From a virus (lineage: Duplodnaviria; Caudoviricetes): a stretch of DNA of 54,023 nt. The stretch lies in IMG/VR virus record IMGVR_UViG_3300035659_001009, positions 1 to 54,023 of that record; one strand, 5' to 3'. The position numbers were made by a program, and so were the translations under genes. The notes beneath the pieces were generated by a model. That model did not search any database and was not told where the DNA came from. It was given only the letters and a program-made list of their open reading frames with translations. This document shows positions 27,590 through 36,289 of this stretch, one piece after another (position 1 is the first letter of the stretch; each line of letters opens with the position of its first letter).

Positions 27590-28190
27590 TCAGGTAAGGG
27601 CGACGCTTCCAGGCTTCATACAAGTAGGCCGAAGGTGCTCCGGGAATGGAGTAGCTAAGGGAATAGAGCAAATAGCGTCGTCCTTACTTAGAGTAAGGCT
27701 AAAGGCGTCCTGTGAAGTTACATGGGGGTGTGCTCTGCGCATTCGATGGACACGCAGGTCGCCCGCGCCGATCTCTAGTGATCAGTAGGTACGTGGCCGG
27801 GCCTGTTGGAGTAAATGACCTGCAAGTCCACGTTCCTCTTACTGGCGGGAGTCGGGCTCACGAAACGTTTGTGGTTGGTCAGGCCTAGCTAGCCATACGC
27901 CACACAGATACGTAAAGCCGTTGCCCTAGAAGAACTGGTGATCACTAGAGATCGGCGACGACGACGAAGGTCGCTTAGCCTCCTTAGCAACTTAACAGGT
28001 CAGCAATGGTGACAGCCAGGCTGGGTGTTCTAGGCCATAGCAGGCCTGTTAGGTTGACAATGAAGGGAGAACGGGAACGACGGTATCAAGAGTCCAGGCT
28101 AGGGCCGACTCCCTGGCATACAAACAAACCTTTCCCGTTCTCCCTAACAAATAGCAAGTGAGCATTGCCTGAGTTGTGCAGACTCGGGCT
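27590..28190 (+). ncRNA. candidate large structured non-coding RNA (four long-stem modules)
   Basis: Stems 27594-607/27674-687, 27766-784/27939-957, 27988-28001/28043-056, 28064-077/28132-145; G-U pairs favour + strand; no credible ORF. Confidence 0.6.
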
Positions 28191-28217
28191 ATTATACTTT
28201 GACAAAGGAGTGATACC

Positions 28218-28496
28218 ATGTCGAACATAACTGGACAAAGCGCCAAGGAGGTTTTGGCAACGGAGGAGGGTTTCTACGCTCTCCTATCACAATCGACCCG
28301 AGACGAACTCGAGGCTAAGCTCCCCGAGAGCGTCACGCCCCTGCTTCCCGAAGTGCTCAATGCACTTCAGGCACTGGGCGAAGTGGCGGACGCCGAAAAG
28401 TCCGGGGAGACGTTCACCCTCCAAGACTTCGCCCTCTACGTTAGCCTTGCCGAAGACGAAGACGAAGACGACGACGAAGACGAGGGCGGCGAGTAG
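28218..28496 (+). CDS. very acidic small protein
   Basis: AAAGGAG RBS; tail EDEDEDDDEDEGGE. Confidence 0.7.
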   Translation: MSNITGQSAKEVLATEEGFYALLSQSTRDELEAKLPESVTPLLPEVLNALQALGEVADAEKSGETFTLQDFALYVSLAEDEDEDDDEDEGGE

Positions 28497-28616
28497 GCGA
28501 TGTTGGGTCTCTGCCATCGACGTCTGGGCAGGCGTCCGGGTGGTGGGGCCCTTGTCGGTAGCCGGGCGGCTTCTTTGTCTGCCGAGGTCGCCCGGCCATG
28601 CCACTAAGGAGGTAGT

Positions 28617-28745
28617 ATGTCGTACAACAGTAGACGTGTTAGCTGGAGCGCAGCCCACAAACGTGAGTTAGCTCGGAAGCACAAACGCCAAGTCGAGAAG
28701 AAGACCCGGCGACGGAACACCCGGAGTACCTACAACCGCCACTAA
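28617..28745 (+). CDS. 42-aa highly basic peptide
   Basis: TAAGGAGGT RBS; MSYNSRRVSWSAAHKRELARKHKRQVEKKTRRRNTRSTYNRH. Confidence 0.55.
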   Translation: MSYNSRRVSWSAAHKRELARKHKRQVEKKTRRRNTRSTYNRH

Positions 28746-28754
28746 GGAGGTAGC

Positions 28755-29069
28755 ATGGTCAACTGGGAATTTACGCACGAAGACCTTATGGAAGCCGTTT
28801 TGATCATCCAGAAGCACACCTCCATCCTTCCTCAGATCGGGTTCAGCGAGGAAGGCGAACTCCAACTCATCCTCAGGTGTACCAACGAACTCGCCCGCAG
28901 CCCCCTTTGGGTAGAACTCTCAGACGCACGACTTCCAATGCTCCTCGTTCCCGGAGATCCTTACTCTACACTCTACATCGGTGGCAAGCGGCACGACGAG
29001 CCAATCACCACTTGGCCATCTGAAGAGTTCTGTGAGAGGGCCGACCAGCTATACGACAGGAGAGGTTAA
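28755..29069 (+). CDS. hypothetical protein
   Basis: TAAGGAGGT RBS. Confidence 0.65.
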   Translation: MVNWEFTHEDLMEAVLIIQKHTSILPQIGFSEEGELQLILRCTNELARSPLWVELSDARLPMLLVPGDPYSTLYIGGKRHDEPITTWPSEEFCERADQLYDRRG

Positions 29070-29071
29070 CA

Positions 29072-29191
29072 ATGATAGACACACACACAATCGTCGCGTT
29101 CGTTCTGTTTGTTGCCCTAATAGCCTGCGGGTTGTGCGTTCTCGCATACGGGGTCAACGCCCTCGTGTTGCTCCCCATAACCGGAGGGTAA
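29072..29191 (+). CDS. 39-aa single-TM peptide
   Basis: MIDTHTIVAFVLFVALIACGLCVLAYG; AGGAGAGG RBS. Confidence 0.5.
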   Translation: MIDTHTIVAFVLFVALIACGLCVLAYGVNALVLLPITGG

Positions 29192-29192
29192 T

Positions 29193-29318
29193 ATGTTACT
29201 ACAGGGTGGCATCATCACTGGAGCCGAGATCAACCCAACTGACATGATCAGCGGACTCACAGTCGTGCTGATCATCGTCGTAGTCCTCTTCGTTGTAACC
29301 GTTCTCGTTTCGCACTAA
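29193..29318 (+). CDS. 41-aa single-TM peptide
   Basis: GGAGG RBS; LTVVLIIVVVLFVVTVLV. Confidence 0.5.
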   Translation: MLLQGGIITGAEINPTDMISGLTVVLIIVVVLFVVTVLVSH

Positions 29319-29336
29319 AGAAGGTGGGGTACAACT

Positions 29337-29630
29337 ATGACAGACAAGGTCCGAGATATTCTCAACGAGAAGGCAAAGGACTACGACACTCCTGCAGGCC
29401 AAGCTTGGGAGATAGTAGGCCAACTCCTCACTTGGTTCCAAGTACACGGATTACTTGACAAGATCCTACCAAGCGGATGGGGCTTTGTGTGGATCATCAT
29501 CCTCGTCAAGCTAGTCAGACTGAGTCAGAGCCCCAATCACGCCGACAGCTGGCTTGACATTGCTGGGTACGCTACGCTCGTCTCGGACCGCCTCACCAAG
29601 GAACAAGTCAGCCAATGCAATACTATGTAG
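29337..29630 (+). CDS. DUF6378-like protein
   Basis: KLVR...HADSWLDIAGYA signature. Confidence 0.75.
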   Translation: MTDKVRDILNEKAKDYDTPAGQAWEIVGQLLTWFQVHGLLDKILPSGWGFVWIIILVKLVRLSQSPNHADSWLDIAGYATLVSDRLTKEQVSQCNTM

Positions 29631-29839
29631 TTAGCGTCTGTATTACACTAGTCGCGCTATTGTCTGGATACTTCTACGGACGCAGAAGCTGGCTTGGAGC
29701 TGCAGTTGGTTTAGTCGGGAACATTCTCTGGATCGCATACTTCGTATGGATCGGACAGTATCCATTGATTCTATCGACCTGTCCGTTTCTGATCCAAAAC
29801 GTTTGGAACCTTCACGTAATGCGCAAGAAATCGAGATAA
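29615..29839 (+). CDS. 3-TM half-PnuC-like membrane protein
   Basis: YFYGRRSWLG...NILWIAY...QYPLI; paralogue of 42131-42364. Confidence 0.55.
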   Translation: MQYYVVSVCITLVALLSGYFYGRRSWLGAAVGLVGNILWIAYFVWIGQYPLILSTCPFLIQNVWNLHVMRKKSR

Positions 29840-29950
29840 GGCACCCACCTTACCTGGATCAGAGTCAAAAGATCGTCTTGTGAATCACAACAGTGGGGTG
29901 TGCTATGTGCGCTCCGCAAAGGAAGGTGTAACACGATAGCAAACGCTCTT

Positions 29951-30076
29951 ATGCTCCTTGCGATAGCAGCAGGAATCTGGATTTTGGTAGTATCACTTGG
30001 ACCGCTTGCGCCGTTCATACTTATCGGCGGAGCGATCATAGCGCTCATTGCCCTTCTGTTATGGAGGCAGACATGA
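29951..30076 (+). CDS. small 2-TM peptide
   Basis: MLLAIAAGIWILVVSLGPLAPFILIGGAIIALIALLLW; ATGA overlap with next gene. Confidence 0.45.
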   Translation: MLLAIAAGIWILVVSLGPLAPFILIGGAIIALIALLLWRQT

Positions 30077-30822
30077 CAAAGTTGTATGTCGTTGGAAGCA
30101 AAGTAGAGCCACTACTCACGTTCTCGTCTCCACACAATACGGCCTTCTTCCAAGCGTCGTGGTGTCCGCAACCTTTTGCCTCGCTTCCAAAGGTACTCAA
30201 AAGGTGTCGGGTTATCCTCGACGTACAGCACATCTCCGATCACAGTGTTGCCGTTGCAAGTATGGAAGAGGTCGAGACGGCTATCAACGTTCTAAATCCC
30301 AACCTCGTTGTCATCCCCGACGTGCTCATGGACGCCGAAGCAACACTTCAGTCGGCAGTCACCTTCTTCGGAGAGATTCGTAAACTGTTCCCTCATCCAT
30401 CTTTCAACTTCATGTTCGTTCCGCAGGGCAGTACTCTCCCCGAATGGAGACGTTGCCTTTGTGAGTTCTTCGGCTTGCCATTGTGGGGTACTAAACTTGT
30501 AACCACAATTGGTATCCCAAAGATCCTCCACAAGGTCGCAATCAACCAGGGTATCTCCGACTTCCACCGTTTCGAACTCCTTGGCTTCATTCCAAAACCC
30601 CTCAACATACACATGCTTGGGTGTTGGGGTGGTTGGCAAGAAATGGAAGGTCACCAATGTGTCGCGTCCTGGGACACCTCGTTGCCCGTTGCAGCCGCAC
30701 AACGCAACCACTTTATGGCAACGGGAGACGTAAAATGGCAACTCCTCGAAGACGTAGAGGTTGAAGATCCTCGCGTCGTCACATCGAATGCACAGTTCCT
30801 AGCAGAGCGGTTGGGAGGCTAA
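30073..30822 (+). CDS. TGT/DpdA-like transglycosylase (putative DNA 7-deazaguanine insertion enzyme)
   Basis: ILD, VIPDVLMD, FVPQG, IGIP, IHMLG, SWDTS motif order of the TGT-type TIM barrel; que genes in same genome. Confidence 0.6.
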   Translation: MTKLYVVGSKVEPLLTFSSPHNTAFFQASWCPQPFASLPKVLKRCRVILDVQHISDHSVAVASMEEVETAINVLNPNLVVIPDVLMDAEATLQSAVTFFGEIRKLFPHPSFNFMFVPQGSTLPEWRRCLCEFFGLPLWGTKLVTTIGIPKILHKVAINQGISDFHRFELLGFIPKPLNIHMLGCWGGWQEMEGHQCVASWDTSLPVAAAQRNHFMATGDVKWQLLEDVEVEDPRVVTSNAQFLAERLGG

Positions 30823-30823
30823 T

Positions 30824-31039
30824 ATGTGGATCTACATTGATAGCAACTTCGTAACCAAAGTGGCTATTTGGATAATCGTAGTAGCCATAGCAACACTGGT
30901 CGAGAATCTCATTATCAAAGAGGCCGGCGTACAGCTCCCATCAAATCGCACGATACGCATTACGTATCTCCTTGCGGTCAAGGTACCATTTGCGTTCGTT
31001 GCCATACTTGCTGTTGTGCTCTTCTGGAAAGTGGGCTAA
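30824..31039 (+). CDS. small 2-TM membrane protein
   Basis: Two hydrophobic helices; GGGAGG RBS. Confidence 0.55.
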   Translation: MWIYIDSNFVTKVAIWIIVVAIATLVENLIIKEAGVQLPSNRTIRITYLLAVKVPFAFVAILAVVLFWKVG

Positions 31040-31087
31040 CTTGGTCATGTCGGAGGGTCATGTTTCTTCTGTTGATGAGAGGTAGCA

Positions 31088-31525
31088 ATGTACATACATG
31101 CATTCGATCCTGGAGAGAACACCGGCTACTGTCTACTTCAGTGCTGTTTAGGGGTAGGTCACATTCATGTTACTGGATCCAAAACGCTGACCCTCTATCA
31201 GGAGCTTGCCTGGGTTGCTGAAACCTTTCAGTCCACGAAGCCCAACATTGTCGTCATCGAGGCTTGGAGACTTTACCCGCACAAGGCGTTGAGCCAGATC
31301 GGATCGAAGATGCCAGCAGCGGAACAGGCAGGCATCATCAAGTACTTGTGTTGGCTGCACAATATCGAGTGGGTCGAACAAATGGCGTCGTGCAAGCAGG
31401 CGTTTGAGAGTCCGAACGTGATCGCACAGGTACTTCCAGGATACACGTTGCCAAAGTCCGAGCACGAGAAGGACGCACTGCGTCATGCGTTGTACTATTG
31501 GTTCAACACAGGGAGACACCAGTGA
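31088..31525 (+). CDS. RuvC-like Holliday junction resolvase
   Basis: AFDPGENTG, VVIE, HEKDALRHA. Confidence 0.75.
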   Translation: MYIHAFDPGENTGYCLLQCCLGVGHIHVTGSKTLTLYQELAWVAETFQSTKPNIVVIEAWRLYPHKALSQIGSKMPAAEQAGIIKYLCWLHNIEWVEQMASCKQAFESPNVIAQVLPGYTLPKSEHEKDALRHALYYWFNTGRHQ

Positions 31526-32913
31526 GCAATCAACTCCTTCCACTCCAAGAAGAGGGTGCAAACTTTCTTGCCAAGAGGATGGGTGCATTACTCGAGGACG
31601 AGATGGGTGTAGGCAAGACAGTTCAAGCCATCGTAGGAGCGATGCGGGTGCCCATCGCAGGCCCTATTCTCGTGATCTCTAGACCACTCAACATTGAGTT
31701 CTGGACGAAGACTATCAACACGTGGGATCCGTACGCTGAGGTCGAGGTCGCTACGGGAGGCGAGTTTGATTACAGTAAAGTCCATAGCTGGTTCAGTGGC
31801 AACGGAAGTGGTAGACGACACTACCTCATTATCTACCACGAGATGTTGATGACGCCACGCTCCAGACAAACACACGTTGTCCTCAACGACAGGGCTGCCA
31901 TCCTTAGGCAACTTGGTGTGTGGAGTCTCATTATTGCCGATGAAGCACACCGCTTTGCCTCACGCTCAGCGCAGATGACGAAGTCCTTGTTATCCCTTCA
32001 GACCCTACGCAAGTGGGCACTTACAGGGACGATGATGGACAAGTCGCCCAGAGATTACTGGACAATCCTCCATTGGTTCAACAAGGAGAGATTTGGGTCG
32101 TTTTGGACATTCGCCAAGATGTACACAAAGGAGAGATGGTACAAGCATCGGAAGACTCTTGTGTCAATCAACACCCAAGCATTTGCCAGGGAGCTCGAGC
32201 CATACCGCCTGCGTCGAACTAAAGTCGACGTGAGACCTGACATTCCCACAATCACAAGTGCCGTCGTCAAGGTCGCAATGACGGAGGAGCAAGCCGCTCT
32301 CTACAAGAAAGCTAAGGTTGAGACCTTCCTGCCAACGCACCCTGACCTTGACGATCCCTTGTTTATCAGTGGTGCACTAGCAAGGATTGCCTACCTTAGA
32401 CAGATTGCATTGGACCCTGGTCTCGTGGGAGCAGTTGACATCATCTCTGGTAAGGCAATGTGGCTCTACGACTTCTGTGCGCAACATGGTGAGCCCATGG
32501 TAATCTTCACTACGTCAAGGGAGTTTGCGAATACCCTTCCGACTTTACTCGATGGCTTCGAGGCGATCAGTGGTAGCGTGAAGGTCTTTCAGCGAATGCA
32601 GGTCGTTAAGAGATTCCGAAGTGGAGCCATCCGTGGTATCGTAGGTACAATCGCAACGATGTCCGAGTCGATCAACCTCAAAGAGGCTAAGATGGCGATC
32701 TTTGCTGACTCGCACTGGTCGACAAGATCAATGGATCAAGCCGCAGCCCGTATCCATCGCATCGACTCGGAACATCCCGTCGAGATCTTATACTTGCAGA
32801 CTCCAGGAACGGTCGATACTCTTATCGCCAGTACGATCGACGAAAAGAGATCGGTAAGGTATCTTCTCGAATCCTACCTCAAACACATTAGAGAGGAACG
32901 TCGCATCCTATGA
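31522..32913 (+). CDS. SNF2-like SF2 helicase
   Basis: DEMGVGKT, DEAH, LTGT, QAAARIHRI. Confidence 0.92.
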   Translation: MSNQLLPLQEEGANFLAKRMGALLEDEMGVGKTVQAIVGAMRVPIAGPILVISRPLNIEFWTKTINTWDPYAEVEVATGGEFDYSKVHSWFSGNGSGRRHYLIIYHEMLMTPRSRQTHVVLNDRAAILRQLGVWSLIIADEAHRFASRSAQMTKSLLSLQTLRKWALTGTMMDKSPRDYWTILHWFNKERFGSFWTFAKMYTKERWYKHRKTLVSINTQAFARELEPYRLRRTKVDVRPDIPTITSAVVKVAMTEEQAALYKKAKVETFLPTHPDLDDPLFISGALARIAYLRQIALDPGLVGAVDIISGKAMWLYDFCAQHGEPMVIFTTSREFANTLPTLLDGFEAISGSVKVFQRMQVVKRFRSGAIRGIVGTIATMSESINLKEAKMAIFADSHWSTRSMDQAAARIHRIDSEHPVEILYLQTPGTVDTLIASTIDEKRSVRYLLESYLKHIREERRIL

Positions 32914-32961
32914 GACGATGTTTCAAGTTCCTATGTACACAGTATAGATAGGAGGTGTGAG

Positions 32962-34065
32962 ATAGAATTCCATATTTCAGACATCAAGAAGTTTAAGGCA
33001 TGTAGGCAGGACTGGAACTACTCTAGTCCCTTGAGAATGAACCTAGCGCTACACAGGACACCGATTCACTTCTTTCTTGGTAAGGGTGTGCACTATGCGC
33101 TCGCCAGTTACTATGAAACGGGTGAGACTCCCGTCGACGCCTTCGATAGGTGCGTCGCGTTCTTCAAGCAGCGTGAAGGTCATCTCTGGGGGGCAAAGAC
33201 TGTTGAAGCGGTTCATCTTGGGCATGCAATGTGCATGTCATACCATTCATGGGTCACGGGCCCTCTGCAACCAGACTTGAAGTGGAAAGTTCTCGCAACG
33301 GAGATCTCCTTCGGACCAATACGGCTTCCCGTTCCCTATGCACCATACTACAGCATGAAGTACAAGCTCTCAGGTCGCTTCGACCAAGTCCTAGAAGACA
33401 AGGATGATGGTAACCTTTGGCTTCGCGAGTTCAAGACGACGTCCAGAGCACCCGTTCAGAGTTGGTTGGACAACGACGACCAGCTAACTAGTTATGCGTG
33501 GGCAATACAGCAAGTGCTTGGTAAGCCGGTGGTAGGAATCCAGTACCGCTTCTTGATGAAAAAGGCACCCGAGAGCCCTCCGCTAGTACAGAACGGTAGC
33601 CGCCTGAGCAAGGCTATACACTCTAACCTGGCGACGACTTACGACCTCTACCTGGCTGCAATCAAGGAGCATGGCTTCAACGAGGCCGACTACAGAACCG
33701 AACTTGACGAACTGTTGTGGAAGGGATGGAGCGAGTACATCTTCGAGATTCCATCCATGCGTAGTCAGAGTGCTCTACAGGTCGCCGCCGGCAACCTCTA
33801 CCTGACGGCTCACGACATGGACCACAACCCAACTATCTATCCTTCGCCGGATTGGATACGTTGTCTGTGGTGTTCATTCAACTCACCATGCCAGGCAGCT
33901 CAGGAGGGCCATCCGGAGTTAGAGGAGAAGATCCTGGCCGAGGAGTACGGCCCCCAGTACCGCGAGAAGACCGAAGAGATTGATGCCTTCATACCAGGCG
34001 ACGAAGGTGACGGGATCGACGCAGACCTTGTTGCACAAGAAATAACCTTTGACGAAGGAGGATGA
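32962..34065 (+). CDS. PD-(D/E)XK (Cas4/RecB-like) exonuclease; start non-canonical
   Basis: HISDIKKFKAC N-terminal motif, G..VH, E, GRFD..EFKT, QLTSY, CLWCSFNSPC. Confidence 0.85.
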   Translation: MEFHISDIKKFKACRQDWNYSSPLRMNLALHRTPIHFFLGKGVHYALASYYETGETPVDAFDRCVAFFKQREGHLWGAKTVEAVHLGHAMCMSYHSWVTGPLQPDLKWKVLATEISFGPIRLPVPYAPYYSMKYKLSGRFDQVLEDKDDGNLWLREFKTTSRAPVQSWLDNDDQLTSYAWAIQQVLGKPVVGIQYRFLMKKAPESPPLVQNGSRLSKAIHSNLATTYDLYLAAIKEHGFNEADYRTELDELLWKGWSEYIFEIPSMRSQSALQVAAGNLYLTAHDMDHNPTIYPSPDWIRCLWCSFNSPCQAAQEGHPELEEKILAEEYGPQYREKTEEIDAFIPGDEGDGIDADLVAQEITFDEGG

Positions 34066-34066
34066 A

Positions 34067-34357
34067 GTGAACCGAATCGTGTCGTTGGTTTTGCTAGTCG
34101 CATTCTTACTAACCTTCGCAACCGCGTGCGATGACGAACCAGAGTTCTGTAAGGGAGATGCCGTGTGTACGAGTGGGGCATGTGGTGGTTGCGAAGCCAA
34201 GATTGTACTAGGAGGTGCATTATGCACCCTGGCAGCTTACCTCAGCTGGGTAGTATCTACCCAAAGGCAAAGTTTTGGGTCTTTGCACGTGGCCCATTCT
34301 GTGTCTCTGGCACAGTTACTTGGGTTCACGCTGACGAAGACAAGAACATCGTCTTAG
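34067..34357 (+). CDS. putative Cys-rich lipoprotein
   Basis: Signal peptide ending FATA|C then CxxxxxxCxxxxxCxxxxCxxC; overlaps next ORF. Confidence 0.4.
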   Translation: MNRIVSLVLLVAFLLTFATACDDEPEFCKGDAVCTSGACGGCEAKIVLGGALCTLAAYLSWVVSTQRQSFGSLHVAHSVSLAQLLGFTLTKTRTSS

Positions 34358-34473
34358 GTAACGGGTTTGCAGGGGCGTTTGATTGCATCGCCTCCCTGTT
34401 CGACGGCGAAAGGGCAGAGTTCGACGTTGCGGGTGGTCGTCTGAGCTTGTACCTAACACTTGGTGTGGGATGA
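34222..34473 (+). CDS. hypothetical protein
   Basis: AGGAGGT RBS, MHPGSLP. Confidence 0.5.
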   Translation: MHPGSLPQLGSIYPKAKFWVFARGPFCVSGTVTWVHADEDKNIVLGNGFAGAFDCIASLFDGERAEFDVAGGRLSLYLTLGVG

Positions 34474-34847
34474 ACAGGGATGACGTGTGGGTTGTCGACG
34501 ATAAGCCAGGTAAGTACCAGAAGGAAGCCATACGAGATGGCTATCTATGGGACGAGGTCCGTGGGCTCCCTGTTCATCGAGCCCTTGCCATCGACTTTGT
34601 AGACTCCCGGACCTTGGAATCGTGGGAGCATGTCCACCACATAGATGGTATCAAGTCGAACAACGACCCACACAATCTCATCATCATTCACAAGTGGATA
34701 CACCTAGCGATACACGCAACAATCGCGATGGCACCGTATTTGCTACGGTCCGGGATTTCACCGATGCAACTAAGAGGTCCGGATTCGCTAGTCGGGCTCT
34801 TGCGAGAGGCAGGAGTACCGTTCATCTGGCTAGGAGAAAAGAAATGA
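34470..34847 (+). CDS. HNH endonuclease (HNH_3 type)
   Basis: VHRALA...HVHHIDGIKSNNDPHNL. Confidence 0.85.
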   Translation: MNRDDVWVVDDKPGKYQKEAIRDGYLWDEVRGLPVHRALAIDFVDSRTLESWEHVHHIDGIKSNNDPHNLIIIHKWIHLAIHATIAMAPYLLRSGISPMQLRGPDSLVGLLREAGVPFIWLGEKK

Positions 34848-35644
34848 GGTCATTCAAACCTGAATCGGCGTTCGCGAAAATTATGTTCTATGGTGACCCA
34901 GGAACAGGAAAGACAACGCTCCTGGGGACGGGGATGGAAGATCCTCGTACGACTCCAATGCTTTGGTTAGATTGTGGTGGCAACCCGGAATCGATCCGCC
35001 ACAATGCACACCTACCAACCATCCTTCATATTGACAGAATCGACGACCTCAACGCTCCGCATGACTGGCTGCTCAAAGGTCAACCCGACAAGCACCCTTT
35101 CGTCACCATGTGCGAGAAGCTCGAGGTCCAGCTCACACCCCCATACAAATCTATCGTTGCCGTCGATTGTATGACTGAACTCCAACGCATGTACATCAAG
35201 AAGTTCTCCGGCAACGCTGACAAGCATCCCGGCGACGAGCTAGCGGCGGTGGAGCTCCGCGAGTGGGGTACCACTCTGATGGCGCTCATCAACATGATCT
35301 CGCAGTACAAACAGCTACCGATGCACGTTTTCACTACATGCCACGAGGACGAGCGGAGGGACAAGAGTGGTGCCTACCTTCGTTCTACTGTCTGGCTATG
35401 GGGTCAGGGTAGGGTCGAAGTTCCTGCCTACATGTTAGCACAGATCCGCCTCGTCCGCACAAATGAGATCCCGGCCGACATGAGGACCAAGCTGGCTGAG
35501 CGTGGCCAATCCGACGCAATCAACATCGCGTACTTTGATCAGCTAGGTCCATTCGACGCCAAGCAACAGTACGTGGCAAAGAGACTAGGATGGATGCCTG
35601 CTCCAACCCTGAGCAAGGTCCTAGACGTACTGGAGATCAAGTAG
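34844..35644 (+). CDS. AAA_24/Sak4-like recombination ATPase
   Basis: YGDPGTGKT, VDCMTELQ, TCHE. Confidence 0.85.
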   Translation: MRSFKPESAFAKIMFYGDPGTGKTTLLGTGMEDPRTTPMLWLDCGGNPESIRHNAHLPTILHIDRIDDLNAPHDWLLKGQPDKHPFVTMCEKLEVQLTPPYKSIVAVDCMTELQRMYIKKFSGNADKHPGDELAAVELREWGTTLMALINMISQYKQLPMHVFTTCHEDERRDKSGAYLRSTVWLWGQGRVEVPAYMLAQIRLVRTNEIPADMRTKLAERGQSDAINIAYFDQLGPFDAKQQYVAKRLGWMPAPTLSKVLDVLEIK

Positions 35645-35729
35645 CGTGTTCAGCCGTGGACCTCGGGATAGGACGAGGCTCCTACGGCTTGCACAAACCA
35701 AACCCAAACGAAAAAAGGAGTAACTGAAC

Positions 35730-36233
35730 ATGTCTGACCTTACCGTTCATGATCCAATCTTCCCCGTTCCCAGCGCGACTATCGAGGAAGAGTTCGTAGT
35801 CATCACACCTGCCGGCGGCGGGGCCGAGAACGATGCCGACGAGTTCGTGGTCGACTTTACCGGTGTTGGTGAGATTCCGGTGGGAGTTGCCCTCCTAAAG
35901 GTTACCGGCATGAAGGGTGCAACCTCAACAGCCGGCAACAGGATGATCAACATGGAGTTCACCATCATCGACATGCCAGCATCGCCCCAGTTCATCAACA
36001 AGAAAGTCTGGGAGACTTGGATGCTCGAGACGGACGCCAAGTTCCGGACCTACGACGGCTACGAAGCCTTCACCGGCGTCGAGCCCGAGAAGGGTTCCTT
36101 CCGTATCGTCAAGAGCGAGGTTCTGGGGCAAGAAGCTTGGTGCCGACTGGAGTTCAAGAAGGCGGCCAAAGCCGAGTACCGCGACGCAGCCCGCATCGCC
36201 AGGTACGGCGCCAAGTCACCTTACGACGCCTAA
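35730..36233 (+). CDS. DUF669-like single-stranded DNA-binding protein
   Basis: IPVG...S.AGNRMI..EF pattern; follows the Sak4-like gene. Confidence 0.6.
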   Translation: MSDLTVHDPIFPVPSATIEEEFVVITPAGGGAENDADEFVVDFTGVGEIPVGVALLKVTGMKGATSTAGNRMINMEFTIIDMPASPQFINKKVWETWMLETDAKFRTYDGYEAFTGVEPEKGSFRIVKSEVLGQEAWCRLEFKKAAKAEYRDAARIARYGAKSPYDA

Positions 36234-36289
36234 ACCCAAACTCACCTAGAATCCAGGGAGCCAGCCTATCCTGGCTCCCACGAGGCATC

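Noticed and set aside
27590-28190. tRNA, tmRNA, RNase P, SRP or group I/II intron
   Set aside because: No T-loop cloverleaf, GAGGAAAGUCC, SRP domain IV or intron domain V motif recognised by eye
34547-36289. ORF-track N-terminal extensions (34547, 36017; likewise 25285, 19244, 13694, 48858)
   Set aside because: They overlap neighbouring genes or promoters; downstream ATGs with an RBS fit better
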